NCBI GenBank assembly: GCA_947501605.1
Contig: CANMWZ010000004.1
Location: 96,001 to 160,000, forward strand
DNA from: Planctomycetota bacterium
GTDB taxonomy: Bacteria; Planctomycetota; UBA1135; UBA2386
Direction: 5' to 3'
Length of the DNA stretch: 64,000 bases
The first letter of the stretch is position 1, and every line of letters starts with the position of its first letter. Of this stretch, positions 18,705 to 28,343 are shown one piece after another. The position numbers were made by a program, and so were the translations under genes. The notes beneath the pieces are model-generated. The model saw nothing but the letters and a program-made list of their open reading frames with translations. It did no database searches and was not told the DNA's origin.

Positions 18705-19028
18705 GCCGTCCCGCACCAGCGGGTCTGTGCGGCGCAGTTGCTTCGAAGTGAGCGTTCTCTACTTCGAGTCGAGCGTTGCTGCGATCGCGCCGCATCCAGC
18801 GCGGCGCCCTGCGATCACGCAGGAGAAAGAAACCGGGGGTGAAACTTCGGGAAAAGGGGAAGAAGGAGAGTCAAGTTTTTACGTCCGTGGCGGACAACCC
18901 CCGGCAGGGTACGCGTGTCGTTCGAAGCTTGCGCCGCGAGCGACTGGATTCCGTGCGTCAGACTGTAGCTCGCGAGGAGCCGCAGTCACTTCGACCGCGA
19001 GGAAAGATAGCGCACGTTTCGCTGATGG

Positions 19029-21011
19029 TCAACCATTGGATGCTCGCAGTTGTAAAGCCCATGTCCCTACCTGGGCGGTCCAGCCCGGCGGAAGGCGCGT
19101 TGTTGCGGTTGCCTCCTCCAGGATGCAGGGGCCTTCAATCGTGGCCCCAAGCGGCAGGTCTTCGCGGCGCAGAAATCGGATCGCCTTCCCGCCCAAGGGA
19201 CTGCGACGGCGCTGCGCCAACGCCGTGGTCTTGCCAGCACCGCGGTCGCGCTGCGGCAGTCGGTCGGCCTGCAGCGCCGGCAGGGCGTGGCCGGGTCGCT
19301 CGGCCCGCGCGACGATCTGGACCAGTTCGATCGGTGCTGCTGCCGCGGCGAAACCGAACCTCTCGCGGTGCAGTCGCGCAAACGTGGTGGCTAGATCCGT
19401 TCGTGAAGCCTCGACCAGTAGGCCGCTGCCTTGCCCGCGGTAGCGAAGCCGGAAGCGAGCTGTCCTGGTGGTCTTGCCCGTGCCGAGCGACTGTGCCGCG
19501 GCGCGACACAGCAGATCGGCGCGCTGTCGCCAAGCTCGTTCGCGTTCCGGACTCCAGAGTTCGAGCACGGCTTCGACGCGTTCCACGGACTCGCCAGCAA
19601 GGGCCAGCCCCAGTGCGGAGAATGCACCGGGATGGATCGGCACCAGTGCCGCCGGCATGCCGAGTTGGGCCGATAGCGCAGCGGCGTGCAGTCCGCCCGC
19701 CCCGCCGTAGGCGACGAGAGGAACGCCCGCCGGGTCCACGGCGCGTTCGCCGGTGATTCGCATCAACGCGCGCGTCATCGCGACATCGGCGATCTCGAGG
19801 ATTCCGCCGGCGGTGCGACGCGGGGTGAGCCCGAGCTTCTTTGCCAGCCGCTCGATGGCGCGCACACTGCGATCCGGGTCGATGCGAAAGCCGCCGCCGA
19901 GCAGGGTGTCCGCTCCGAGATGCCCCAGTGCGACGTGCGCATCCGTGACCGTGGGTTCGGTGCCGACGCCATAGCAGGCGGGGCCCGGGACGGCACCGGC
20001 GCTGATCGGGCCGACGCGCAGCGCACCGCCGCGGTCGCAGTAGGCGATGCTCCCGCCGCCGCAGCCGACCGTGTGCACATCGACGCTGGGCAGGGGGAGC
20101 GGCAAGCCGGCGATCTGACCCTGGTCGGTATCGATGCGACCTGGCTGCACAAGGCAGACGTCGGTCGAGGTTCCACCCATGTCGAAGGCTGCCGCGCGCG
20201 GGAGTCGCAGCGCCTCGCACAGTCGTTGGGTCGCGAGGACCCCGCCGGCGGGGCCCGAGAACATCGCTCGCGCGGGAAACTCCAGGGCTTCTGCCGACGG
20301 CAGGATTCCGGTGCTCGAGCGCAGTAGTCGCAATTCCCCGCGACCCAGAGCCTGCTGGAGGCGGCTGGTGTAGTTCGACACCAGCGGTGCCACGGCGGCA
20401 TTCAGAATTGCAGCGGAGAAGCGTTCGTACTCCCCGAGGGCTGGCCAGAGTTCGGCGCTGCAGGTGACGTGCGTGCCCGGCAGTGCGCGTCGCAGCGCCC
20501 GTGCGAGCGTCTGTTCGTCCTTGGGGTAGATGGGCGAATGCAACAGACCGATGGCGATGGACTCGGGCCGGAGCGCTTTCACTCTGCGCACCACGCTCGC
20601 GACCTCGCGCCGCATGAGTGGCATCTGTGCCGTGCCGTCCTCGGAGCGGCGGCAGGCGACCTCGACGCGCAGCTCACGCGGGACGGGCGGAGCCGGTCGT
20701 TCTGGCTCCAGCGCATAGAGATCTGTGCGCTCTTGGCGGCCGATCTCGATCAGGTCGACGAAACCGCGATTGGTGACGAACACCGTCCTCGGCAGCCGAC
20801 CCTGGAGAACGGCGTTGAGCGCGACTGTCGTCCCGTGCACAACGTCGACGGCTTCTCCTGGCTTGGAACGAACCGCATCGATGCCGGCGAGGACGGCCCG
20901 GCCCGGGTCCTCTGGTGTTGATGGCAGTTTGTGGACCAGCAGGTGGCCCCGGGACCACCGCACGACGTCGGTGAAGGTGCCGCCGGTGTCGATGCCAATG
21001 CGCGTCGCCAT
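19029..21011 (-). CDS. Hydantoinase A / 5-oxoprolinase (ATP-binding subunit) family protein
   Basis: GIDTGGTFTD, HGTTVALN, SGPAGG, DMGGTSTD, VGPISAGAVPGPACY, TVTDA. Confidence 0.92.
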   Translation of the reverse strand: MATRIGIDTGGTFTDVVRWSRGHLLVHKLPSTPEDPGRAVLAGIDAVRSKPGEAVDVVHGTTVALNAVLQGRLPRTVFVTNRGFVDLIEIGRQERTDLYALEPERPAPPVPRELRVEVACRRSEDGTAQMPLMRREVASVVRRVKALRPESIAIGLLHSPIYPKDEQTLARALRRALPGTHVTCSAELWPALGEYERFSAAILNAAVAPLVSNYTSRLQQALGRGELRLLRSSTGILPSAEALEFPARAMFSGPAGGVLATQRLCEALRLPRAAAFDMGGTSTDVCLVQPGRIDTDQGQIAGLPLPLPSVDVHTVGCGGGSIAYCDRGGALRVGPISAGAVPGPACYGVGTEPTVTDAHVALGHLGADTLLGGGFRIDPDRSVRAIERLAKKLGLTPRRTAGGILEIADVAMTRALMRITGERAVDPAGVPLVAYGGAGGLHAAALSAQLGMPAALVPIHPGAFSALGLALAGESVERVEAVLELWSPERERAWRQRADLLCRAAAQSLGTGKTTRTARFRLRYRGQGSGLLVEASRTDLATTFARLHRERFGFAAAAAPIELVQIVARAERPGHALPALQADRLPQRDRGAGKTTALAQRRRSPLGGKAIRFLRREDLPLGATIEGPCILEEATATTRLPPGWTAQVGTWALQLRASNG

Positions 21012-21249
21012 GAAGCTCGGACTGTAGCAGGGGTTTCCCACCGGCCCGGCGCTCGAAGTCGAGCCACGGCGCCAGGGGCAAGCAACGGACCCACCGCGGA
21101 GTCTGGAGCGTCCGCGGAGAGTCTGCGCCAGAGCCATCGGGGCTCGGGGCCGGCCCAGCCACTGGCGCTTTCAGAATCCACTTCTAGGTATCGCGGGGCC
21201 GAAGTCGAGAGTTGGCTCGGGTGGCGTCGGCGGCGTAGCCTGTGCGTCG

Positions 21250-21873
21250 ATGCTGCTTGCGTTTGGCTGCCTCTGCGCCTTTCTGTTCGGGGCCGTGCCT
21301 TGGGCTCTACTGGTCGTTCGTGCGTGCAAGGGCACGGACCTGCGCACGATCGGTTCCGGCAATGTCGGCGCCACCAACGCGAGCCGCGCGTTTGCGACCC
21401 GCCAAGGGCAGGTGGTCGCATTCCTTGGCATTTATCTGCTCGATGCAGGCAAGGGCTTCGTGCCGGCGTGGTTTGGCCCACCGGTCGTCAGCGGCGACGC
21501 CGCAACGGCTGGCGCTCTGCTCGGCGCCTCGGCCATCCTCGGTCACGTGTTCTGTCCGTTCCTTGGCTTTCGTGGCGGTAAGGGCGTGGCGACCGCGACC
21601 GGAGTGCTGCTGGCGCTCGACTGGACCGTCGCCGTCGCGGCGCTCTCGACGTTCTTCGTCGTCAGGTTGCTGACCGGCAAGGTGTTCTTCGGCAGCCTGG
21701 CACTCGGTCTCGCGCTCGCGGCAGCGGCGATTCTGCTGCATCTCGACGATGCGTTCGCCGCGCGATTGCCGACCACGCTCCTGTGCTGCACGCTCGCGGC
21801 GTTCCTGTTCTGGACGCACCGCAGCAATCTGCAAAAGCACTTCGCAGGCGCGAATGAGAGCGTGCTTCGATGA
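21250..21873 (+). CDS. plsY: Glycerol-3-phosphate acyltransferase
   Basis: GSGNVGATNA, DAGKG, GGKGVAT, HRSNL. Confidence 0.93.
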   Translation: MLLAFGCLCAFLFGAVPWALLVVRACKGTDLRTIGSGNVGATNASRAFATRQGQVVAFLGIYLLDAGKGFVPAWFGPPVVSGDAATAGALLGASAILGHVFCPFLGFRGGKGVATATGVLLALDWTVAVAALSTFFVVRLLTGKVFFGSLALGLALAAAAILLHLDDAFAARLPTTLLCCTLAAFLFWTHRSNLQKHFAGANESVLR

Positions 21874-22868
21874 AGCTCGCCATTCTTGGCAGCGGTGGCT
21901 TTGGCACCGCGATGGCGCTGGTGGCTGCCAACGCGGGGCACCAGGTCGCGATGTGGGGGCACGACGCGCAAAACACCGCCGCAATCGCGCGCACGCGGCG
22001 CAACCCTCGATATCTCGAAGACGTGGAGTTGCCGCCGTCGGTGCTGGTGACGACCGACTTTGGCGCCGTGCTCGACGATGCGTTCGCGGCGTTGGTCGCC
22101 GTGCCGACGCAGCATGTGCGCGCCGTGTTGCAGGCGATGGCCGCGGCCGGTGCGCTGCGCGCCGCGTTGCCAATGGTGTCGTTGGCCAAAGGGCTCGAGC
22201 AGAGCACCGGGATGCGGCCAAGCGAGGTGATTGCAGAGGTCGCCGGCGACCCCGAGCAGGTGTTCGTGCTCAGCGGCCCGAGTCACGCCGAGGAGGTCGC
22301 GCGCGCGATGCCGACGACGGTCGTGTTGGCAGGTCATGACCCGGCGATGCTGCAACGGTTGCAGACGGAGTTGTCGACTGCCGCGTTCCGCATCTACCGC
22401 AACGCCGACATCGTCGGTGTCGAGTTGTGCGGCGCGCTGAAGAACGTCATGGCACTGGCCGCGGGTATCGCCGATGGCCTTGGCTGCGGCGACAACACCA
22501 AGGCCGCAATCTTGTCGCGCGGCATCGTCGAGATGACTCGCTACGGTCGTGCCCACGGGGCCGATGAGCGCACGTTCCAAGGTCTCGCCGGGGTTGGTGA
22601 TCTCGCCGTTACCGCGTTCTCGCGCCATGGCCGCAACCGCGCGTTTGGCGAACGCATCGGCCGCGGCGAGACGATGCAGCAGGCTTTGGCGGCGTCACCA
22701 AAGGTCGCCGAAGGCGTGTGGACTGCACGGGTCGTCGCCGAGCGCGCGCAAGCACTCGGTGTAGACATGCCCATCGCCGATGCCGTGTGCCGCGTCCTCT
22801 ACTTCGGCCTGCCGCCGCATCAGGCCGTGCGGGCGTTGATGGAACGGGATCCCAAGGCGGAGGGCTGA
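21870..22868 (+). CDS. gpsA: NAD(P)H-dependent glycerol-3-phosphate dehydrogenase
   Basis: GSGGFGTA, KGLE, LSGPSHAEE, GALKNV, GVGDL, RN, AEG. Confidence 0.95.
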   Translation: MKLAILGSGGFGTAMALVAANAGHQVAMWGHDAQNTAAIARTRRNPRYLEDVELPPSVLVTTDFGAVLDDAFAALVAVPTQHVRAVLQAMAAAGALRAALPMVSLAKGLEQSTGMRPSEVIAEVAGDPEQVFVLSGPSHAEEVARAMPTTVVLAGHDPAMLQRLQTELSTAAFRIYRNADIVGVELCGALKNVMALAAGIADGLGCGDNTKAAILSRGIVEMTRYGRAHGADERTFQGLAGVGDLAVTAFSRHGRNRAFGERIGRGETMQQALAASPKVAEGVWTARVVAERAQALGVDMPIADAVCRVLYFGLPPHQAVRALMERDPKAEG

Positions 22869-22873
22869 CCGCT

Positions 22874-23503
22874 ATGGCCCGTGCCTACACCGGACCCCTG
22901 TGTCGATACTTCGCCGGCCCGACCGGCGAGGCGGTTACCTTCGTGAACGGTGTCGAGGTCTGGCGCCATGATCTGCAGCAAGCTTTTGATGCGCAGCTCG
23001 TGCCGACGCTGACTTGGCGCGAGGACGCGGCCTTGCCAGGAACTTGGCGCGACCTCGGTGACGGTGGCTGGATCGCGCTGCGGCTGTTTGCCTTCTACGC
23101 CGAGAAGAGCGATTTCGACCTTCCGGACAGCGTTCCGGCGCTCCTCGAACTCGATCGCGAGTATCGCAAGGCTCTCGACCAGAAGTTCGAACGCAGCAAG
23201 TACGGGCACCTTCTGGGTGCGCGCATGTGGTTGCCGCAGGACTTCCCCTTCACCGCCCGCATCGCCCTGCCCGACGGCGATGCCATCGAGATGGGGTCGC
23301 TGCCGGTGCTTCGCGACCAGATGCGTTGGCTCAACGGGCGTACCTTCCAAGCCGACGAGGTGCAGATTGCCGACTGGACTCTGCTGCCGGCGGTTCCGGG
23401 TGGCCCGCTCTTGGCCTCGGCGCAGCGCGGTTACGCATCCCTGTGGGCTGCGATTGCCGAAGCGACCGTGACCGGGCAGCCGTTGGTCGTCGTCGAGGTC
23501 TGA
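22874..23503 (+). CDS. Hypothetical protein
   Basis: 209-aa ORF with host-like codon usage starting 5 nt after gpsA; no family recognised. Confidence 0.7.
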   Translation: MARAYTGPLCRYFAGPTGEAVTFVNGVEVWRHDLQQAFDAQLVPTLTWREDAALPGTWRDLGDGGWIALRLFAFYAEKSDFDLPDSVPALLELDREYRKALDQKFERSKYGHLLGARMWLPQDFPFTARIALPDGDAIEMGSLPVLRDQMRWLNGRTFQADEVQIADWTLLPAVPGGPLLASAQRGYASLWAAIAEATVTGQPLVVVEV

Positions 23504-23528
23504 GTCCCCGACGACGATTGCGGTCGCA

Positions 23529-25040
23529 TCACTTGATGCCGTGCATCCAGCGGTTCATCGACCGCGAGCATAGGATCACGACGAGGCCGAGGCCGACACC
23601 GACGTAGACCATGTAGCTGAACACGTTGCCGTACGCGTGCACCTTGCCCAGCGCGTCGGTGGCATTCTTGGCTTCGGCGGCGGCGAGGCTCGAGATCTTG
23701 CCGGCGAGAAAGTTGCCGGTGGCGATCGAGATGAACCATGCACCCATGACCATGCCGGTCATGCGCGAAGGCGCGAGCTTGGTGACCATCGACAGCCCGA
23801 CAGGCGACAAGCACAACTCGCCGAGCGTGTGCACGAGGTAGAGCATCATCAGGAAGATCCACAGCACCTTGCCCTCGGCGCTGGCGTTGGCGATGCCGGC
23901 ATTGATCACGACGAAGCCGAGGCCCATGCCGAGGAAGCCAAAGCCGAACTTGGCCGGGATCGACGGGTTGCGGTTCTTGCGGTCGAGCCACACCCAAGCG
24001 GCGGCAAACAGCGGCCCGAACAGCACGATGAACAGGGCGTTCACCGACTGCCACCATTCGGCTGGCATCGACCATTCGCCGATGCTCAGGGGCACGAGTT
24101 GCTTCTTGGCGAAGAAGTTCAGCGAGTTGCCGGCTTGTTCGAAGCCCATCCAGAAGACGCAGTTCAGCAACAGCAGCAGCACCAGGACCAGCATGCGTTG
24201 CTTGCCGATGTGGTCCTCGCGAACAGCGATGAGGCAGAGGTAGCCGAGGATCGACGCGAACACCGCGTAGAGGATGTAGCCGACAGCCTCTTCCGAGATG
24301 CTCAAGAGCGCGTAGATCAATGGCGCGAGAGCGAGGCAGCCAATGGTGACGATGGCGATGATGCCCTTGCCTTCCTTGCCCTTGGGCGGCAGGCCTTCCC
24401 CTTGCAGCCACTTGCCACCGAGCGCGAAGCAGGCGACGCCGAGCAACATGCCGGCGCCGGCGAGCATGAAGCCGTAGCGATAGCTACCCATGCTCGCCGA
24501 GACCATCTGGCAGAACACGGGGGCGAGCGCCGCGCCCACGTTGATGCCCATGTAGAAGATCGTGAAGCCGCCATCGCGGCGGGGGTCGCCGGGCTTGTAG
24601 AGCTTGCCGACGACGGTGCTGATGTTGGGCTTGAACAGGCCGTTGCCGACGATCAGCAATGACAAGCCGAAGAAGAAGAACTGCCGCTGGTCGAGCCCGA
24701 GCCATTCGCCCTGCGGCATCATCAGCAGGAACTCGCCGCACGCCATCAACAGGCCGCCGAGCAGGATCGAGCGGCGGAAGCCGAGCACCCGGTCGGCCAC
24801 CGTGCCGCCGAAAATGCCGAGCGCGTAGATCAGCGCGGTGAACCCGCCGTAGGTGGAGGACGCGGCTTCTTGCGCTTCGTCGCCCGTAAGGCCGGGGAAG
24901 AACTGCTCGGCGACGTAGAGCGCCAGCAGTGCACGCATGCCGTAGTAGCAAAAGCGCTCCCAGAGCTCGGCGAAGAACAGGACGAACAGGCCAGCAGGGT
25001 GGCCGAGGATCGTGCGTACGGGAGGCGTGGCGTCGGGCAT
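23529..25040 (-). CDS. Proton-dependent oligopeptide transporter (POT/PTR family)
   Basis: ELWERFCYYG, GNGLFKPNIS, FYMGINVG, FEQAG, GELCLSPVGLS. Confidence 0.95.
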   Translation of the reverse strand: MPDATPPVRTILGHPAGLFVLFFAELWERFCYYGMRALLALYVAEQFFPGLTGDEAQEAASSTYGGFTALIYALGIFGGTVADRVLGFRRSILLGGLLMACGEFLLMMPQGEWLGLDQRQFFFFGLSLLIVGNGLFKPNISTVVGKLYKPGDPRRDGGFTIFYMGINVGAALAPVFCQMVSASMGSYRYGFMLAGAGMLLGVACFALGGKWLQGEGLPPKGKEGKGIIAIVTIGCLALAPLIYALLSISEEAVGYILYAVFASILGYLCLIAVREDHIGKQRMLVLVLLLLLNCVFWMGFEQAGNSLNFFAKKQLVPLSIGEWSMPAEWWQSVNALFIVLFGPLFAAAWVWLDRKNRNPSIPAKFGFGFLGMGLGFVVINAGIANASAEGKVLWIFLMMLYLVHTLGELCLSPVGLSMVTKLAPSRMTGMVMGAWFISIATGNFLAGKISSLAAAEAKNATDALGKVHAYGNVFSYMVYVGVGLGLVVILCSRSMNRWMHGIK

Positions 25041-25217
25041 GCGAGTGCGTGGTCCTTCTGGGAGAAAGGCTTGCGACAGCGAGAGGGGCAGAGGCTAGCG
25101 CGCCCATCGGTCTCGGTCGCCACTCCGCCCTGAATGTTGGGTTGTCGAACATTGGCCCTGTTCCGGAGCATCCGGGGCGGTTGAACTGCGCCCCCTCGAT
25201 CCCCCGGACCTCTTGCC

Positions 25218-27155
25218 ATGTTCCCAAGTCACCCGCGCGGCCTCGCTCCGTTGTTCTTCATCGAGATGTGGGAGCGGCTCAGCTTCTATGTCATCGGCGG
25301 CATTCTGTTGCTCTACGCCCTCGACACCGAGCGCGGTGGGCTGGGCCTGCCGTCGATCACTGCGAACGACATAGTCGGCACCTATCTCGCGTTCGTCTAT
25401 GCGACGCCGTTCCTCGGTGGCCTGCTCGCGGATCGCGTGCTCGGGTTCCGCCGCAGCGTGCTCATCGGCGGGATTTGCATGGCGTGCGGGCTGTTTTCTC
25501 TCGGCACGCCTGGTGAGACCTTCTTCGTGCTGGGACTCGTGCTCGTTTGCATTGGCAACGGGTTCTTCAAACCCAACATCTCGGCGATGGTCGGCAACCT
25601 CTACGAGAAGGGCGACCCGCGGCGCGATGCTGGCTTCAACATCTTCTACGTCGGCATCAACATCGGCAGCTTCATCGCCTTCGTCGCGTCGGCATGGGTG
25701 AAGGAGTCGTTCGGCTGGTTCTGGACGTTCCGCATGGCGGGCTTTGGCTTGCTGATCGGCGTGACGTTGCTGGTGCTGTTCTGGAAGCGACTCGCGATCG
25801 CTGACCGCCCGCCGCAGCGGCGACCCGACGACGTCTCGATCGGCCGCATCGTCGGCACGATCCTGGCTCCGGCTCTCGTCGTCGGCTACTGCGGCTACTG
25901 GGCGGCCCAGCACTGGTTCCCCGGCTCGCCGGTCACACCGCAGATGTGCGGGTTTCTCACCGGCATGCTGCCGCTGATCCTGTTCTTCGTGCGCATCGGC
26001 ACCACAGCCCCGAAGGACGAACGTCCAGGTCTGTTGGCGTTGCTTCCGGTCTACGTCGCCGGCGGCACGTTCTTCATGATCCTGCACCTCAATACGACGG
26101 CGTTGACGAAGTGGGCCGAGACCGACACGAATCGACACAGTGCCAACATGTTCGACGTGCTCGGTACCCGCGAAGACGCGATGCCCAGCTACTTCCGCAA
26201 TGCACCGGCGGACGTTGCGCGTCCATTGCGTGAGACGCTGGTCGTAGTCGATCCCAAAGTAGCTCGCATGTTCGGCACGTCCCGCCTTGACCTCGCGGCG
26301 GTCAAGGCCGTGCAGACGCTGCAGCCCGAGTTGAAGGCGCTGGTGACGATGGGCGCGATCGACGGCCTCCCGACTGCGACGAGCGCGGAGTTCGATCGTC
26401 GGGCCGCTGCGGTCTATCCCGCGGGTTCGGTGACCGTGAAGGCAATCAACGACAGCCATGGCGTGCCGACGATTGCCGTCGATGTCGCACAAGGTGTGCA
26501 GAGCCTTGGTCGGGTTGCCTTCGTGCGCACGGTGGCCGGACGCGACGTTCCCGTGCTGTTGATCGACCAGAAGACCAGCGACGAGGTCTATCGCCTCGCC
26601 GACGCCACCACGCCGTCGCTGCCGCCCGGTGACTTCCTCCGCGTCACCAGCGCGGTGGTGTTCCAGGCGGCAAATGCGCTGTGCGTCATTGTCCTCACCA
26701 CTCCGCTCGTGCTGTTCTGGGGCTGGATGCAGCGGCGCGGTCGAACGGTCGGCACCGCGCACAAGATCCTCTACGGCCTGATCCTGACGATGCTCTCCAT
26801 GTTGGTCATGGCGATCGCCGGGTGGCTGACGCAGCACGGGGCTCTCAAGGTGTCGGCATGGTGGTTGATCGGGGCCTATGCCGTCGTCACGGTCGGCGAG
26901 CTGTGTCTGTCGCCGATGGGCCTGTCCTTGGTCACCAAGCTGAGTCCGAAGCGGTACGTGGGTTTGATGATGGGCGGCTGGTTTTGTGCCACGGCGTTTG
27001 GCAACAAGTTGTCGGGGTTCTTCGGCGGCATCCAGAGCTTGATGGAGCCGACGCAGTTCTTCCTCGTACTGGCCGCGGCCGTCGCTGTTGTCGCCCTGGG
27101 TATTCGCGCGATCCTGCCGTGGCTCGATCGCGTGATGAAGCAGTACGGCGCCTAG
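25218..27155 (+). CDS. POT/PTR family peptide transporter with large inserted soluble domain
   Basis: EMWERLSFY, GNGFFKPNIS, FYVGINIG, GELCLSPMGLS; about 170 extra hydrophilic residues. Confidence 0.92.
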   Translation: MFPSHPRGLAPLFFIEMWERLSFYVIGGILLLYALDTERGGLGLPSITANDIVGTYLAFVYATPFLGGLLADRVLGFRRSVLIGGICMACGLFSLGTPGETFFVLGLVLVCIGNGFFKPNISAMVGNLYEKGDPRRDAGFNIFYVGINIGSFIAFVASAWVKESFGWFWTFRMAGFGLLIGVTLLVLFWKRLAIADRPPQRRPDDVSIGRIVGTILAPALVVGYCGYWAAQHWFPGSPVTPQMCGFLTGMLPLILFFVRIGTTAPKDERPGLLALLPVYVAGGTFFMILHLNTTALTKWAETDTNRHSANMFDVLGTREDAMPSYFRNAPADVARPLRETLVVVDPKVARMFGTSRLDLAAVKAVQTLQPELKALVTMGAIDGLPTATSAEFDRRAAAVYPAGSVTVKAINDSHGVPTIAVDVAQGVQSLGRVAFVRTVAGRDVPVLLIDQKTSDEVYRLADATTPSLPPGDFLRVTSAVVFQAANALCVIVLTTPLVLFWGWMQRRGRTVGTAHKILYGLILTMLSMLVMAIAGWLTQHGALKVSAWWLIGAYAVVTVGELCLSPMGLSLVTKLSPKRYVGLMMGGWFCATAFGNKLSGFFGGIQSLMEPTQFFLVLAAAVAVVALGIRAILPWLDRVMKQYGA

Positions 27156-27180
27156 GGTGGCGACGGACCGATGGGCACAC

Positions 27181-27214
27181 GGCGAGGCCGGCATTCCCAG
27201 TCGCCGGCCTCGCC
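27181..27214. terminator. GC-rich hairpin after the POT gene
   Basis: GGCGAGGCCGGC-N10-GCCGGCCTCGCC 12-bp stem; no U-tract. Confidence 0.4.
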
Positions 27215-27474
27215 CGCCGCGTGCCGCGTTGCCGCTCCTCGACGCGTCCCCTGCTGAGCCGGCTCGTCGCGGCGCCCGGCGCGCAACGCGCAGGACTCGC
27301 CGATACCCAACACGAACTTCGGAGTCGCTCCAAGATCTCCGAACCGGAGTACCCAACCGTCGGCCCAATGGCTGTGGGCGCTTCGTCAGCGTCGCGATCT
27401 TCGCACATGGACCCTGGGGACCTTCGCTACTCCGCCCGAGGGCGAACGGGACTTGCCTACGTCACCATGTCGCG

Positions 27475-28074
27475 ATGACCATTTCCGGACTGCAAGCCCT
27501 GGTCGCGCGGCTCGAGGCACTCGGGCCAAAGGACATCACCACGCGTGCGGTGCAGGCGTTGATGGCGGACACGCCGCTCGAAGATCGCGATATCGATCGC
27601 TTCGTCGTGCCGCGCAGCGATCGCTACGCGCGCCAACTCGTGCATCGAAGTCCGCGGTTCGATGTGATCGTGCTGACCTGGTTGCCCGGCCAATCGACTC
27701 CGATCCACAACCACGCCGGCAACCTCGGCTGGGTGCAGCTCGTGCGCGGGCGCATTCGCGAAGATCGCTACATGCTGGTGCCGTCCTGCCTCGACAGTGG
27801 GCTCGACCTCGCAGCCGAAGTGGGGGAGCCGCAGCGAGGCATTGAGCTGCGCGAAATCGGCTCCACGGTCCTGACCGAGAGAGCCGCGATCGCGACGGTC
27901 GATCGACTGCGTGCGATCCATCGCATCGGCAATCCCAAGGAACACCCACGCGACGAGGTGACCGTGACCCTGCACGTCTACAGCAAGCCGCACGACGCCT
28001 GTCTCACCTTCGACTCCGTCGAGCGAACCTGTTCCAGGCGCGAGCTGCAGTTTGACAACTCTGCCTTGGCCTGA
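27475..28074 (+). CDS. Cysteine dioxygenase family protein (Arg-type, Gly at the Cys93-equivalent position)
   Basis: YAR, TPIHNH, IHRIGN, TLHVYS. Confidence 0.88.
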   Translation: MTISGLQALVARLEALGPKDITTRAVQALMADTPLEDRDIDRFVVPRSDRYARQLVHRSPRFDVIVLTWLPGQSTPIHNHAGNLGWVQLVRGRIREDRYMLVPSCLDSGLDLAAEVGEPQRGIELREIGSTVLTERAAIATVDRLRAIHRIGNPKEHPRDEVTVTLHVYSKPHDACLTFDSVERTCSRRELQFDNSALA

Positions 28075-28139
28075 GCGGCTGCCTTGGCCTGAGCAGGCAG
28101 CGTTGGCCTCGATCGGTAGCCGCGCCTGCCCCAGGCGTC

Positions 28140-28325
28140 TTACCGCTCCGGTTTCTTCGTCGGCTCCTTCAGCGGGTCGCGGCCCAATCGGCTTTGCAGC
28201 GCGTTGAAGAGGATCCACTCGATCTGGCCGTTCATGCTGCGCATGTCCTGCTCAGCCCAGCGCCGCAACTCGGCGAGGAGCTGCGGCGGCAGGCGCAATA
28301 GGAAGCCCTTCTTGTCGTCGGCCAC
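28140..28325 (-). CDS. Arc/ribbon-helix-helix DNA-binding protein
   Basis: KGFLLRLPP...WAEQDMRSMNGQIEWIL; lies directly after an SPFH gene. Confidence 0.88.
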   Translation of the reverse strand: MADDKKGFLLRLPPQLLAELRRWAEQDMRSMNGQIEWILFNALQSRLGRDPLKEPTKKPER

Positions 28326-28343
28326 GGGGGGGATCCGTGAAGC

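Noticed and set aside
28061..28094. 16-bp direct repeat CTGCCTTGGCCTGAGC x2 at the cysteine dioxygenase stop
   Set aside because: Two copies only; most simply a local slippage duplication
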